Assembly: GCF_009914755.1 (NCBI RefSeq)
Contig: NC_060926.1
Origin: the human T2T-CHM13v2.0 reference genome, Homo sapiens
Length of the DNA stretch: 64,000 nucleotides
Reading direction: 5' to 3' (one strand)
The stretch's first letter is position 1, and every line of letters begins with the position of its first letter. Shown here in pieces: positions 49,206 to 63,932 of the stretch. Position numbers and translations under genes: made by a program. A model generated the notes under the pieces. The model was given only the letters and a program-made list of their open reading frames with translations, had not been told where the DNA came from and ran no database searches.

Positions 49206-51197
49206 GATTCCTCTAATTCATCTAATTTCTCCTGGGGTCCTGTGGGGGCCAGCGCTCCCTCCCATCATGACTTGGGAGGCCAAGTGCGTGTTGTGTGTAG
49301 CTCTGAGCGGAGAGCTGGTGGGGTAGAGCCTCACACAGGGTCCTTCTGGGAATGACATCTGGGGCTGGGTGGTCGCTCAGCAGCGGCTATGGGGCCGGAC
49401 CAAGGCCAGGTCCACGTTTGACGCAGTGCAGTTGCGGAGGGATGCTTCCCTTGATCAGCACTCCTTGGGGCAGGCATGTTACGGGTTCCCAGGGAGGAAC
49501 AAGTGGGCCAGAAACCCTATGGGGGCTGCTAGATGCCACCTGCTGCTCCTGGCAGATGAAGTGTGGAGCTCACGCAGCAGTCTGACTCGCAGTCTGAGAC
49601 CTGTGGTTTCCCTGGCAGGCCCTGGGGTCCCAGGACACGCATGGACAGGCTCCAGGCATGAACAGAGGCCCAGATCACAGCAGGCATCTCCAGGTCTGTG
49701 CCTTCTGTGCATGTGGCTCTTGGTCAACCCTGGCACCTGCTCAAGGCTGGCCAGGTCATCCCTTCCAGAGGGTGACTCAAGAGTCCCTGGAAGCCTTCCC
49801 TCAAAGTAGCCCTGGCCAAGATTCCACCATTCACGGGGTCAACCGCGATCATCCCTTTCTCATCTTTGAAACGTGAACTACTCATATTTCTTGAGCATTT
49901 TATAACAGACAAAGCCTTGAACGCACACCCCTTCACAGCGCTGCTGCTCTGTAGGGCTCTACAGACCGGTGGCTGGGACCTGCAGAGACCTGGCCCTCGC
50001 TCCCCTCCTTCCAGGCTCTCAGCTTGGCAAGCACTCTGCGAAGGATGGGCCGGCCTCTGGTCTCCACAGGTGAGGAGAGTGGGGCCTCGAGGTGAAGTGG
50101 GATCCCCAAACAGGCAAGAAGGCCAGGAAGAGGAGACAGGCTGGGAAAGCTACACACCTGCCCAGGGCCCACCACCAGAAAACCCCAAAGTGGAGGACGG
50201 AGCCCCCTCTGAGAATACGGCCAGAGCCTTCTCTGGGCACCGGCTGCTGCCTGAGCTGGCTTTGTGGAGCGAGGCCTCCAGTCCCAGAGACAAATGTCTG
50301 CTGCATTACTGTTCTGCTTGAGGCCGGGCTCATACCCTGTTCCAGGAGGACGCACACACTTCCGCTCCCCCTGCAGGGTCCCCCTGTCCTGACCTGCCAT
50401 TGTTTTGTGTGTGTTTCCTTTCCACGTGGAGTCTGAAGGGGAGGATGTATCTGTCTGGGTGTGCATGCTGGGATCTGGGAACCACTTGCTTTCAGAGGCT
50501 CCTCCAGATGTCCTTTCTCAATGACACTGTCACAGCAGGGGCAGAGCCCTCTGGGAAAGCCACCTGGGAGGCTTCTTGGCAGCATGCAGTTCTTGTCACA
50601 GGGCTGCCTGGGGACCCCAGGCTGGACACTGTCCGTGGGCCAGCAGGCCTTGGCGGTCAGCAGCCTGCATGGCCAAACAGCACCCCAGGCAGCCAGGGGG
50701 TCAGGGCGCTGAGGGGTGAGCTCTGGAGCAATGTGTGCCTGTGTGTGTGCCTGTGTGTGTTTGTGCCCTTGTGTGTGTGCGTGTACATGTATATGTGTGT
50801 GTGTGTGCATGGAGGGAGAGGAGAGCAACTCCTCCTTTCTCGCAGGAGACATTTCCCAGCCTGGACTGGAGGGGTCGGGACTCACGAGTCTTCCCAGGCT
50901 TTCCTCAGGGCTGCCCTCCTGTCCCACCACCCCATGAATGAAAGGGGTCCTTTCATTCCTTCAGCACCCCTTTCTGCCCCATGAGACCCATAAATAGCTC
51001 TTCCATACCCACGCCTTCTTCTGTAAATGATACAAATCCCACTCCACAAACTCAGTAGACCACACTTTTCGGTCTCGTTGTGCCAAATAAACGTCCCTCG
51101 GATTCTGAGCTACCAGGACGTCACTGGGGGTGGTCGTTGCTAGGGCTCTAGGGCTCCTTCTCCCTCCCCAGGGATGGGCAAAGGTCCTGACGGGGCC

Positions 51198-51640
51198 TTT
51201 TTATAAAAGTGAGGTAAAATTCACATGACAAAATGAACCGCTAGTCATTTTAAAAGTACGATCCAGTGGCATTCAGCACATTCACAGTGTTTTGCCGCCA
51301 TCACCTGCATCTGGTTCCAGGACACTTTCATCATCCCCAAAGGACACCCTCTACCTGGAACACAGCCACTCCCCAGTCACCTGTGAGGCCCTGGCAACAC
51401 CAGCCTGCTCTCTGTCCATCGGGATTTACCTACCCTGGGTGTTTCGCATGAACAGAATCCTGCACTATGTGGCCTTTTGTGTCTGGCTTCTTTCACTCAG
51501 CATCATGCTCTGGGCTCGTCCACATTGCCGGGTGTGCCAGCTCATTCCATTTTAGGGCTGAGTAATACTCCCTGCTACGGCGATGCCACGTTTGCTCATC
51601 CATTCACCCACTGATGGACACTGGGTGGTTTCCAGGTCCT
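51198..51640 (-). mobile_element. L1MB-type 3' UTR
   Basis: gaggtaaaattcacat...cagtggcattcagcacattcacagtg...gtctggcttctttcactcagcatcatg...ctgatggacactggg. Confidence 0.8.
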
Positions 51641-53455
51641 GGGGTCTTTTCTAGCACCACATAGTCAAGGGGGCGCCTGCATTCTCGGGTCTGCATTAGC
51701 TCCCTACGAGCCACCCACCCACTGTACCATCACTTGGGTTCCAGCTCCTGCCTCTGGACAACCTGCAGCCCTGGGATCCCTCATGACCTGTGTCCAGGCT
51801 GCTGCCAGGCAACAGAGTGCGGGTCCCCAGTGTTTGCAGGAGCCATGTTATCTTGTGGGGAAAATCTCTCTTTTCTGTCCTGCTGTTCCCATCTCTTCTC
51901 AAAGACAGTCAGTCTCCTCTTTAGAGATAAAGTAGCCCACCATGCTCTGCTTGGAGAGGGCAGGAAGGGGACCAGTTCCAGTCACTTCTGCTTTCAGCCC
52001 TAGAACCCACATGGCCTCACACAGAGACAGGCTCCCCAGGCAAGCTTCCTGCCTCCCGCAAGGGAAGGGAGAGAGAAGAGCAAAGCACACATGGATTCTC
52101 AATACGTGATCCTGCCTCACCTGCCCTGTGCTGGCATCCGCGTGCCCGTCTCCACTGGATCCCTGTTCCTCCTCCAAGTGTTGGAGGGGGCAAGACTGGG
52201 GTTTGCAGCCTCATCTACAGGGGAGGAGAGCATGAGGCCCTTTCCAGCTGGCCGACTGTGTCCCCCTCCCTCCACCCCGCCCTGCTTGTGCCCCTTGATT
52301 TTGGCTGCTGTACTTTCTCTTAGGTTTGGCAGACCCCTCATCCCTGGGAAAGCCCCCACCTGCCCCTCCCTCTGCCTCCCTGTCATTGTCTTCCTTCTTT
52401 GGCAGCCTCCCCGTCCTGTGGGAGGCTGAAGGTCAGCCTCCCACTGTTGCTCAAGGGCATAGACACCTGGGAACAATAACAAATAGTGTCTCTGGCCCTG
52501 GCTCCTGTTGCCTGTCAAAGATGGGTGCATCCCAGAGGGGCAGGCTCTGTCTTTCCCTCCAGGCCATGAGCCCCTGAGGGCAGGGCTGGCTGGGAGGCTG
52601 CTCTGTGGAAGGTGATGCCGGAGTAGGAGGCTACATCCGCCGCCTTCAAATCCCGGCTGCACAAATGACCAGCTGTGTGCAGCCCGCTCTGTGGGGCCAT
52701 GCTGAAGTTCCGCTGAGCTGCACCTGCAGGAGTGCTGTTAGTGTTCAGCACACACTGACCCCGAGAAGGTGCTTGGTAATGTTTGTGGAGTAAATGAAGC
52801 TGAATTGGAGGCCAAGTGCTTCGAGGCTGTGGGGGAGGCGGGATCTGGAGCTGAGGGCGTCCCTGCCATCTCGGGGGCAGGCCAGCTGGCCCTTGGTGGA
52901 GTTCCTCCCTCCCTCCCCCGACGTCTGCTGCTGGGTGATGATGGCTTCGTGTGCAGATGCAAAATGTCACCGTAATTAAAGCAACAAATCCAGGGCCAAG
53001 ACTTTAAGGGGTGGCCTGAGTACACGGGGCTCCTGCAGGAGTAGGGGAGCATGATTGGAAGCTCTGCCTCACCCCCTCTGTCACATTCTCCCCCAAGTCT
53101 GTCTTCCGGAACTGAGCCCAGAGACTTTAAAGAACAGCCCACTTGGCCTAGTGGCTTTCTCCTTGGGGGCACGCGCCTCCAAGGAGGACGAGAGCTGAGC
53201 TCCCCAACCTCCGGGCCACTGGGGCTCCTCACAGGATGTATGTGGTCCCCAGAAACACAGGCATCCTTGTCTGTATGACCTGTGTGGCCCTCTTCAGGCG
53301 GCGGCCCCTGGTCTACATCACTTTCTCATTCTCCTCAGCGTGCCCGGCCTCCTGCTGTTCATTCACTCCGTTCTCTCGCTTTCCTAACCGTGCTGGACTC
53401 ATCCTCACTGCCCACCGCTGAAGACTCTTCTCCCACCCCGCAGGCGGGAGGCCTC

Positions 53456-53749
53456 CAGTGGCTGTCTCTATATCCTCGGGCCCCACACAGTCTCTCCAGG
53501 CCCCAGGCTCCCCCCACCGATTTTACAGTGTGGTTCACTGTAATAGTTTGCTGGTCCTGTATATTTTAAATCATCTCTGGATAACTGATAATATCTATAC
53601 AATGTGTTATACAAATCATTGTTATACTATATTTTTATTTGTATTTTTTATTGTTGTATGTTATCATTTATTTATTTTTTTCAAATCCTTTCCACCTTCC
53701 TGTGGCTGGATCCGCACATGCAGAACGCATTGTTAGAGAAGGCCAACTG
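53456..53749 (+). mobile_element. MER2/Tigger3-type DNA transposon
   Basis: ttttaaatcatctctggataactgataata...ttgttatact...ggatccgcacatgcagaac...ggccaactg. Confidence 0.6.
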
Positions 53750-54957
53750 CATGTAGCAGGTCCTCAAAGAAGAATGAATAAGTGAGTGAATGAGTGAATG
53801 CACAAAGAAACAAGGGAACACTTTGGTGACTACGGGAAGGACCGCATGAGTGGGAGTGGGTGAATGACGGAGGGAGCAGACATGGGAATGAATGAGTGGG
53901 TGACTGAGCAAATGAATGAGTCAGTAGATGAGTAAGTAAAGGCCAGGCATATTTGTTGGCGACAGTGGCAGAATGAACGAAAGAAGCCCAGCATCTCAAA
54001 GGGCAGGATATGGCCCCATCCTCTGCTGCAGTTTCAGGAGTAAAGTAAACAATGACAAAGCTTGGGTCAAGTGTGACTCACGGGATGCAACTAAAACAAG
54101 CAAATATCACTGTGAGCTGCAGGGTGCATTCCCAGCTCCGGCCATCAGAAAACCATGGCAACTGAGCCCTTCTCTCCTCTTAAGGCTCCAAAGCAGAAGG
54201 CTTACCCCAAGAAATGGGGAGAATTCCACGTTCCATGTATACGGGACATTTGGGATTTTCTTTCTGAAAATGTGGGTCCCGAGATGTGGCCCCTTCCTCT
54301 CACTTTTGCCCTTTTCCGTCAGTTTCTTTCTCCTCGAACTCTCCTAAGGCCTCTGAAGCATTAGTTTACATTTGAAAAATATATGTTGGGCTGTGTGACC
54401 TTGGAGAAATCACTCCACCTCTCTGAGCCTCGGTTTTCATGTGATCAAATAGAGATGATCCATTCGCGGCATAGCATTGATGAGATAATAAGCACATTTC
54501 TTTTTGCCAGAATTTAGATTTTATTTTGTGTTGTTTGGGTACAGTTTGGTGGGGTGGGGGGACAGGGGTAAGGAGGTGGCTGGATGCTGTAAGAATTTAT
54601 CAGTGCCTGTCTCAGGCTGCTCCACCAGCCTGGGAGTTCCTGGTAGGTAGATTCTCTTATTCATCTTTGCTCCTTCCTTTATTTTCTCCATTTAAAACCA
54701 TTTTCTGGGTGCTTGCTGAGGGGGCCATGTGCTATGTAGTGGGGCTGCTAAGGTTAATGGGACTCAGTACCTGCCCCCCTCTGCCCAGAAAGTGGGAGAG
54801 GGAGCCACCCAGGTGAGCAGGGAACATAAAGAGCTCTGGCTGAAATGGTGGAAGTCTATTCTAGGCACCAACAGGCCAAGATGGGGCAGAGTGGTGAATT
54901 ACATCTGTTGGGTGGGAGAAGCCATGGAGAATTGAGTAGGGCATCCCCAAGGCCAAG

Positions 54958-57281
54958 TGGGTTAGTCTGTTCTCACGTCACTATAAAGAACTACCTGAGA
55001 TGGGGTAATTTATAAAGAAAAGAGATTTAATTGGCTCACAGTTCTGCAGTCTGTACAGGAAGCATGATTGGGGAGGCCTTAGGAAACTTACAATCATGGC
55101 AGAAGGTGAAGGAGAAGGAGGCATGTCTTACATGGCCAGAACAGGAGGAAGAGAGTGAAGGGCAGGGGAGTGCTACACACTTTGAACCAATCAGATCTTA
55201 TGAAAACTCATTCACTATCACAAGAACAGCAAGGGGGAAATCTGCCCCCATGATCCAATCACCTCACACCAGGCCCCTCCTCCAAAACTGGAGATTACAA
55301 TTCTACATGAAATTTGGGTGGGGACACAGACCCAAACCATATCATTCCGCTCCTGGTCCCTCCCAAATCTCATGTACTTCTCACATTTCAAAATACAGTC
55401 ATGCCTTCCCAACAGCCCCCCTGAAAATACTAACTCATTTCAGCATTAACTAAAAAATCTAAAGTCCAAAGTCTCATCTGAGACAAGGCAAGTCCCTTCT
55501 GCCTGTGAGCCTGTAAAATAAAAAACAAGTTAGTTATTTCCAAGATACAATGAGGGTATAGGCATTGGGCAAATATTCCCTTTCCAAAAGGGAAAAACTG
55601 ACCAAAACAAAGGGGCTATAGGCCCCATGAAAGTCTGAAACCCAACATGGCAGTCATTACATCTTGCAGCTCTAAATAATCTCCTTTGACTCCATGTCTT
55701 ACATCTAGGCCACACTAATGCAAGCCGGACTGATTTCATGGGCTGGCATTGAGTGCCTGAGGCTTTTCTAGGTGCATGGTATAGCTTTTGGTGGGCCTAC
55801 CATTCTGGGTTCTGGAGGATGGTGGCCCTCTTCTCACAGCTCCATTGCCATTGCTTCAGTGGGTACTGTGTGCAGGGGCTCCAACCCCACATTTCCTTTC
55901 CACGTTGCCCTAGTAGAGGTTTTCCATGAGGGCTCTGCCCCTGCAGCAAGTTTCTGCCTAGAAATCCAGTCATTTCCATACATGCTCTGAAATCTAGGCA
56001 GAGGCTCCCAAGCCTCAACTCTTGTCCTCTGCACACATGCAGTCGTAACACCATGTGGAAGCCACCAAGGCTTATGGCTTGCACCCTCTGGAGCAGTGGC
56101 CTGAGACATATCTGGGGACCTTTTAGCCATGGTTAGAGCTGGAGCAGCTGGGATGCAGGGAACAATATCCCAATGTTGCACAGGCAGCAAGGTCCTGGGC
56201 CCAGTCCATAAAACCATTCTTCCCTCCCAGGCCTCTGGGTCTGTGATGGGAGGGCTGCCACAGAGTTCTCGGAAATGCTTTCAAGGCCTTTTTCCTGTTT
56301 TCTGGGCTATTAACACTCAACACCTCTTCACTTATGCAAATTTCTGCAGCTGGCTTGAATTTCTCCCCTGAAAGTGGGTTTTTCTTTTCTACCATAAGGC
56401 CAGGCTACAAATTTTCAAACTTTTACATTCTGCTTCCCTTTTAAATATAAATTTCAGTTTCAGGTAATTTCTTTGCTTATGCATATGAGTTTAGGTTTAT
56501 GAAGCAGCCAGGTAATTTTTGAGTGCTTTGCTGCTTAGAAATTTAATCTACCAGATGCCCTAAATCATCTCTCTTGAGTTTAAAGTTCCACAGATCCCCA
56601 GAGCAGGGGCACAATGCCACCAGTCTCTTTGCTAAAGTGTAGCAAGAGTGACCTTTAGGCCTGTTCACAATAAGTTCCTTATCCCCATCTGAGACCTGCT
56701 CAGCCTGAACTTCACTGTCAGTATTACTATCAGCATTTTGGTCACAACCATTCAACAAGTCTCTAGGAAGTTTCAAACTTTCCCTCATCTTCCTGTCTTC
56801 TCCTGAGCCCTCCAAACTGTTCCAACCTCTGCCCATTCTCCAGTTTCAAAGTCATTTCCACATTTTCAGGTATATTTATAGCAATACCCCACTCCTGGTA
56901 CCAATTTTCTGTATTAGTCAGTTCTCGCATTGCTATAAAGAACTACCTGAGACTGGGGATTTTATAGAGAAAACAGGTTTCATTGGTTCACAGTTCTGCA
57001 GGCGTATAGGAAGCATGGCCAAGGAGGCCTCAGGAAACTTACAATCACGGTAGAAGGTGAAGAGGAAGGAGACACATCTTACATGGCCAGAGCAGGAGGA
57101 AGACAATGAAGGAGGAGGTTCCACACACTTTTAAGCAACCAGAACTTGTGAAAACTCACTCACTATTATGAGAACAGCAAGAAAGAAGTCCACCCCCATC
57201 TACCACCAGACCCCTCCTCCAACTTTGGGGATTACAATTTGACATGAGATTTGGGCAGGGACGCAGACTCAAACCATATCA
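54958..57281 (-). mobile_element. Complete MSTA-type MaLR provirus: 3' LTR 54958-55344, internal 55345-56909, 5' LTR 56910-57281
   Basis: two homologous LTRs ending aaaccatatca, MaLR internal sequence between them, perfect 5-bp TSD ccaag. Confidence 0.92.
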
Positions 57282-57525
57282 CCAAGTAAGAAGTGCTGAA
57301 GTCCGCTAGAGGATGATGAAGAACATAGTGAATGACTGCAAAGGAATATGGAGACAGAACGAGATGGACTAAATGAGAAAATGGATTTGAAAGAATCTTA
57401 CAAATTGATCATACCTTTGCAAATGTTGGAAAGTCATTGTTTCCGTGATTATTAGAGTGACAACTTCAGCAGAGATGGTACTGCTTACCCTTCATTGGGT
57501 GCCTGCAATGATCCAAGCAACACGT

Positions 57526-58218
57526 TGTTATCTGAGAGCTCAAAATAAATGCCCCTGTATCAACTGAGATGGACCCTGGGGTTAAGAAAACAAAAGTTAC
57601 CTGTGAGCCAAGGGTTCAGAGACTGACTGGCATGGCAACTTTCCTTAATTCCTATGGCTACCCAAAAACCCCACTCTTGCTAAACTCCTAAGAATAGGAG
57701 CCATCAGGCAAATGATCAGACTCGTCCTAACTCTGCTTTACAACCCAGATCACTACAACTCCAACTGGACAGAGGACCAGGCTTACACACATTCTTTCCT
57801 GATAAGTGACTGCAGACCTGAAGCCGATGTCAGCAGCTTATAGAAGCTGTGCATAAACTCTCTTTGTGTCCTGTAGTTTACCTCTTAATGAAAAGAGCCA
57901 AATTCTACCATTTTAATGCTAAAACCTGGTCCCAAAGTGAAGATGGGATACATATCACATATATGCTTACCTGTTGTGCCTGCGCCCTAACCCCCTTATA
58001 AATATGTGTGACTTTCCCCCCAAACCTATTGAATCTCCATGACTTTATTGTGTAATCCAGGGCCTGTGAAGCATAAAACCTAACCTGCCCATCCTTTCTT
58101 TGAAGACAGAGCACCTTTGGTCCATGCTGGAGACTGTCTCTTCCTGGTTTGCTAACTGATATTGCCAATCCAACTTTCCTATTGTGTAGCCATCCTGGTG
58201 TTCTTTTGGACAATAACA
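57526..58218 (+). mobile_element. ERV1 solo LTR (MER39-like) inserted in a MIR
   Basis: TG...CA ends; ggacagaggaccaggcttac...ttttaatgctaaaac...cccaaagtgaa; MIR homology on both flanks. Confidence 0.6.
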
Positions 58219-58477
58219 CTGATTGTATACGTCATTTCATTCTCCTCACAACAATCCTGTGAGCTCAGTGTTATTCTTGTTTTACACACAAAGAAAAGTT
58301 GGCTCAGAAAAATCAAGCAACTTGCACAGGTCAAGTCAGATTTCAATTCCAGGTCTAGCTGACTCCAAAGCTGTGCTTGGCACTGTTCTATTTTATGGGA
58401 GAAGTGCCAGGGGTCCAAGATGAGCTCTGCAAGAGAAGACTGCATCTGTTTGCTGTCCATCATCTGTAACTTGTAGC

Positions 58478-58588
58478 TGGAATGGTCATATGCTCCAGTT
58501 TGCCTCTGACAATCCCAATTTATGGCTACTGTTCTGGTATTATTGTTAAGAACATCTGGGCTTGGATAATACGTCATATTGTCACTCT
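58478..58588 (-). mobile_element. MER81-like hAT-Blackjack MITE
   Basis: tggtcatatgctccagtttgcc...gacaatccc...ttggataatacgtcatattgtcactct. Confidence 0.45.
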
Positions 58589-59399
58589 GTGTACAGCCCA
58601 AAGAAAGGGTGCCACATTTGCCTGTGGGCACCTCAGCCTGGGATCTTCAGCCCCTGCTGCCTCTAGGACCACCCAGGCAGGTGAGGGAGCAGGGAGAGGG
58701 AAGCATGGACTCGAGTCAGACAGGTTTAGTTTCCTTTCTTGAAAATACTAAACGGATGCATCTTTTATTCTCCTTCAATTGTCCCCACCTGTCGAACCAA
58801 TGGGTTTCCATGCCTTTCGGAGTCATCTTTACCTTTAAGTTAACTTTCTAGGAGTCTAGAGTTTTCATCAGGAGAAAGAAGGGATTTCTAAATTCTAACA
58901 GTCTCCACTACATGTAAGACAGTGCTGGTGGATTTGGACCCCACAGATGTGAAACTCAGGATATATCAGGGAGGTGCTCAGCAGCAGGAGAGACGGGCAG
59001 GCTCCTCTAGCCCCACGTGGGAAAGGGCGGCACAGCAGTGATGAAGGAGCAGTCAAGACACCAGAGCCCCCAGGGAACTCTGTTCCCTGTAGCTTTTGCC
59101 AAAGTTGTGAGTGGGTCTAGAATTTCTTGCCTGTTCTTCAGGGCATCATAGGACCAGGCAGAGGGACCACTCGGTTACTTCAGCTGTGTGTGGGGCAAGA
59201 CATGGGCTCTGTACTCAGATGCCACCTTGGGATCTACCCAAAAGTGACTGGGCTGACTGCCAAGAGATGGCTTTAAACCAGAAGAAATGGAGATGTCTGT
59301 AATTGGCAAGTTTATCTTCCACTCCCTAGTTGGAGGGAAACCCAGGAGAAGGATGGAGGCAGTTATGAGAAATAAAACACACTACATTCTCACCCTTAA

Positions 59400-59938
<539 letters not shown>

Positions 59939-60489
59939 TAGCGCCTTGGCAGCCCCCCAGCTTGGAAGAGGGCTTGTCTGCGCCCCACTTCCCTGCCACC
60001 CTCATATCCCTCACCCAGGGGGCCATGTGTTCAGGGGGCAGGGAGCTGAAGAATCGCCAGCCTCGCTCGCCCCGGCCTGTAGCCCCAGCTGGCCCGCCTG
60101 GTGGCCATCGCAATGGCAGACGCAGTTACTAACAATAGCTGAGTTGGCGGGACCCGTCCACCACAAAACCTCCCTCTGTGGCCTAGATTTTTATAGGAGA
60201 CAGCAGACCTGAGGTTTCTGGCTCTGCGTAGGTCTTAATCAAATGTCATCAGGCCCAAGGCAAATTTGAAACATAAATCTTTCAAAGCAATTTATCTGTG
60301 GGTTGAAAATAATCACAGAGCATATTGGCCCCTGGGCAGAGGTGGCTGCTGGGCCGGTGGCTGGAAGAGGAGATGGTGTGATGAAGCCTCCGTTGAGTCT
60401 TGCTGACGGCCTCCAACCCACTCTCAGCTGCCTGATCTGAGAGAAGGCATGGAGATGTTTCAGACTCGAAACTGTCTTCCCTGCCTTGC

Positions 60490-60492
<3 letters not shown>

Positions 60493-60533
<41 letters not shown>
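60493..60533. repeat. (CA)~20 microsatellite
   Basis: directly visible. Confidence 0.97.
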
Positions 60534-60535
<2 letters not shown>

Positions 60536-62791
60536 AGGTGACAAAATTTATTCCTGTATCCAGCAAACTCTGATTGAGTGTTTACTCTGTGGCTGGCTCG
60601 TTACGAAGCGATGGTGATGGAGAAGAATAAGGCAGCAGCCCTCTCTCAGGGGTTACAGGCTCAGAGGAACAAGGGATCCACCTGGGAGAGGGCGCAAGGG
60701 CCTGAGGGGGCTGACAGTGCTGGAGGGGGCAGGACGCGGCCAGGGAAGGCTTCGCAGAGGGATGGTGCTTGTCTGAGCTGGGAGAGGCACCCACCTTGTC
60801 TCCATGAGCGTGGACCTTGTGTCCTGCCTGCCTTGGCAGGAGGAAGGCTCATTGGAGGAGGAAGTTCTAAGGAGATGTTCATTTCCCAGCACTGGGCCCA
60901 AGGCTTGGAGCGCATGAAGGGCTCAGGAAGTGTTGTTGAATGAATGCATGTTAGGCAGCGCCATCTCTCCTAGGACCAGGAAAGCCGACCCACAGGGGCC
61001 CTGACTCTGGCTAAGGGAAGGATCGGGGGCCATGAGTGGACAAGCCAGAGAAGCTCAAGCCCACAGTGGGTGAGACTTGGCAGTTAGGGCTCAGATCGGG
61101 AAGGGGCTGGAATTTCAGAGGTCATTGGAAAGGGCTGAGAAGGACAATTCCTGGGCACCTACACCAGGACTGCTTGCAAAGTCTCTCTTTCGGGCTAGAA
61201 AATTTAGGGTTATACCTCGTTTGGGGAGTCTAGTCCCGTGGGTGACTCCAACCTACTAAGTTGTCTTACCTGACAAGCGTGGGGGGTCATCAGGTGGGGC
61301 TACCATAGGATCTGCCAGCAACATGTTGACCTTATAGTGTAGAGCAGTGAGCCAGGAGGGGGTGCAAGGTGAGCTCACATTCCTCACTGCCGTCTTCCCA
61401 TGTTCCCAACACTGGCAACCTTAAGTTGCACAGGGACACATGCCTATAAAATAAGTCTAGCTCCAGCCCCGTGACCTTTCGTGGGATAGAAATGTGTTAC
61501 ATTTCTTGGATTTGCAGCCTCCTTGGACATTCATTTTTTGGAATTGCTTCCTGGGATCCAGCCTTTATCACCCACTCTGCAGTTGGGCGAGTCCAAGGCT
61601 CATTGCATGGTCATCCATAAGGTTCGAGCGCACCCTAGTTAATCTGCCTTGGGTGCAGAGATTTCAAGATAAATAAGGCACAAGACCTGCCCCATGCCCT
61701 TAGAAAGGTGGGAGAGAATCACTGGATGTGTGGGATGCCTGCTCCATTCAAGGGAGGGTGTCGAGATGAAAAACAGATCCTTTACTCTCGGGATGCTCAG
61801 AACTAAGCCAAAATCTGGAGTTCTTGGGTTGGTGATAAACTTCTGTGACTTATGGGTGCAGGAGGGACTCTGGAAGTCTGGGTGCTCAAAGATTGAGCTT
61901 TCCAAGACACCTCCATGAATTATGACAACAAGACAGATCATTTGAAATAAAGACTGTCCTACAAATTGCCAGTTGCCTGACCGGTGACCCCACAAAGCTT
62001 CCTGCTACTAAACAAAGCCCCAGCGTGGAGCTGAGTACTTGGTCCTTTGAAATAACCTTCTCTGAGCTATTGGAAAAAACAGTCTGGTGCAAAGAACAAA
62101 GGCTTCGGGACCAGGCTGACCTTGATTCCCACTCTCACCATTCATTCTGTTACACTGGATGGATTGCTTACCTCCCTGAGCTGGGAAGTAATGCCTCCCT
62201 CCAGGACTGGTGTGGACTAGAGGTAACACAGGCTTCCTGTCCCGGCCAGAAGAGGTGCATAGTCACTGTGCCCCTTCCTCCTGGCCCCTTCCCTGCCCTC
62301 TCCCCTGCTGTCCTCCAGGACTCCACTGCCTGCTCTCCAGAAACACCTGTGGGCTCTGCTCATCTGACTGACAAGTTATGGGGAACAAAAGACTCCATCT
62401 AGCTGGAGGTGGCCCAAAGGACATTGGATTCCCTTCGGGCTGCCAACACCAGCCTCAGGTACCCCAAGCCCAAGGAGAACTGACAGGGACAAGCTGAAGA
62501 GGGCCCCACATGGATCTGGGGACCCAGCATCCCAGCTATGAGAGAGATCAGGCTTCCAGGCTAGGCTGGTGTGAGGGTGCAGAGGCAGGTCAGGCGCCCG
62601 GGCAGGGGCTCCTGGTTCAGACCTTGCACTTCTGTCTGAAAGAAAGCCAGCCCCCCAGGGTGCAGGGAGTGAGGTTGCTCAGTCCTGAGTGTAGCCGACG
62701 GGCAGCAGTGAGGGAGGGCTCCTCCCTCTGGGTACATCCTCTGAAAGTGCTGCCTTGTCAACATTTCTAAAGGTAATGTATTGACATGGAT

Positions 62792-63245
62792 TTTTTTTAT
62801 ACTTTCATATATATGTTCTGGGATCCATGTGCAGAACATGCAGGTTTGTTACATAGGTATACACGTGCCATGGTGGTTTGCTGCACCCATCAACCCCCTT
62901 CATCTACATTAGGTATTTCTCCTAATGCTATCTCTCCCCTAGCTCCCCACTCCCGACAGGCCCTCGTGTGTGATGTTCCCCTCCTTGTGTCCATGTGTTC
63001 TCATTGTTCATCTCCCACTTATGAGTGAGAACATGTGGTGTTTGGTTTTCTGTTCCTGCGTTAGTTTGCTGAGAATGATGGTTTCCAGCTTCATCCATGT
63101 CCCTGCAAAGGACATGAGCTCATCCTTTTTTATGGCTGCATAGTATTCCGTGGTGTATATGTGCCACATTTCCTTTATCCAGTCTATCATTGATGGGCAT
63201 TTGGGTTGGTTCCATGCCTTTGCTATTGTGAACAGTGCCTCAATA
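62792..63245 (-). mobile_element. 5'-truncated L1PA (L1PA7-like) 3' end
   Basis: L1 3' UTR plus ORF2 C-terminus (MWHIYTTEYYAAIKKDELMSFAGTWMKLETIILSKL). Confidence 0.93.
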
Positions 63246-63472
63246 GAAGATTTGATTCAAAAACATTTTAGGAAATAACACAGTGTGAAGCGGGAGGTTG
63301 AGAAGGGCAGAGAAGACAGCTGAAGGAATGGGCTTTCTTGCAGCTGGTGCACTGGGTCCCCCGCCACAGTCAGTCTCCTGATGAAAACAGCTCACACTCA
63401 GGGACACCAGGCACCTCTGTAAGTGACTGGCATAAACCCCACGGTCCTGACAGCAACCTCCTGAGGCAGGAT

Positions 63473-63932
63473 TGCTACAGGGCAGGGAACCCTAAAGTGG
63501 AGCTTAGCCTGCTGGGTTCTTGGCTTTGCCCAGGAAAGAATTCAAGGGCAAGCCAGGGGTAGAAGGAAACAGCTTTATTGAAGAGGCAGTGTTACAGCCC
63601 CGTGACTGCTCCTGCAGAGCAGGGCTACCCCGTAGGCAGAGAGTAGCAGCTTGGGGAGTTTTGCAGTTATATTTGTACTCACTTTTACTTGCATGCATAT
63701 TAAGGGGTTATGCAGAAATTGTTAGGGAAGGGGTAGTAATCATTGGATCATATTGCTATGGAAAGGGGCGGTAAAGCCCAGGTGTCGCCATGGCAACAGT
63801 GAATTGACATGGCACACTCGTGGGCATGTCTGATTGAAAGCTGCCTCTGCCCTGGTACCTGTTTTAGCTAGTCCTCAATCTGGTCCGGTGTCCTAGCCCT
63901 GCCTCTAGAGTTGAGTCCTGCCTCTTACCTCA
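63473..63932 (-). mobile_element. ERV1 solo LTR (LTR19-like) inserted in a MIR
   Basis: TG...CA ends, near TSD ggat/gtat, minus-strand AATAAA (tttatt), MIR core resumes at ~63955. Confidence 0.65.

Noticed and set aside
50019-50984. 303-aa minus-strand and 194-aa plus-strand ORFs
   Set aside because: Low-complexity, run through a (TG)n tract, with no domain similarity or coding-type codon pattern
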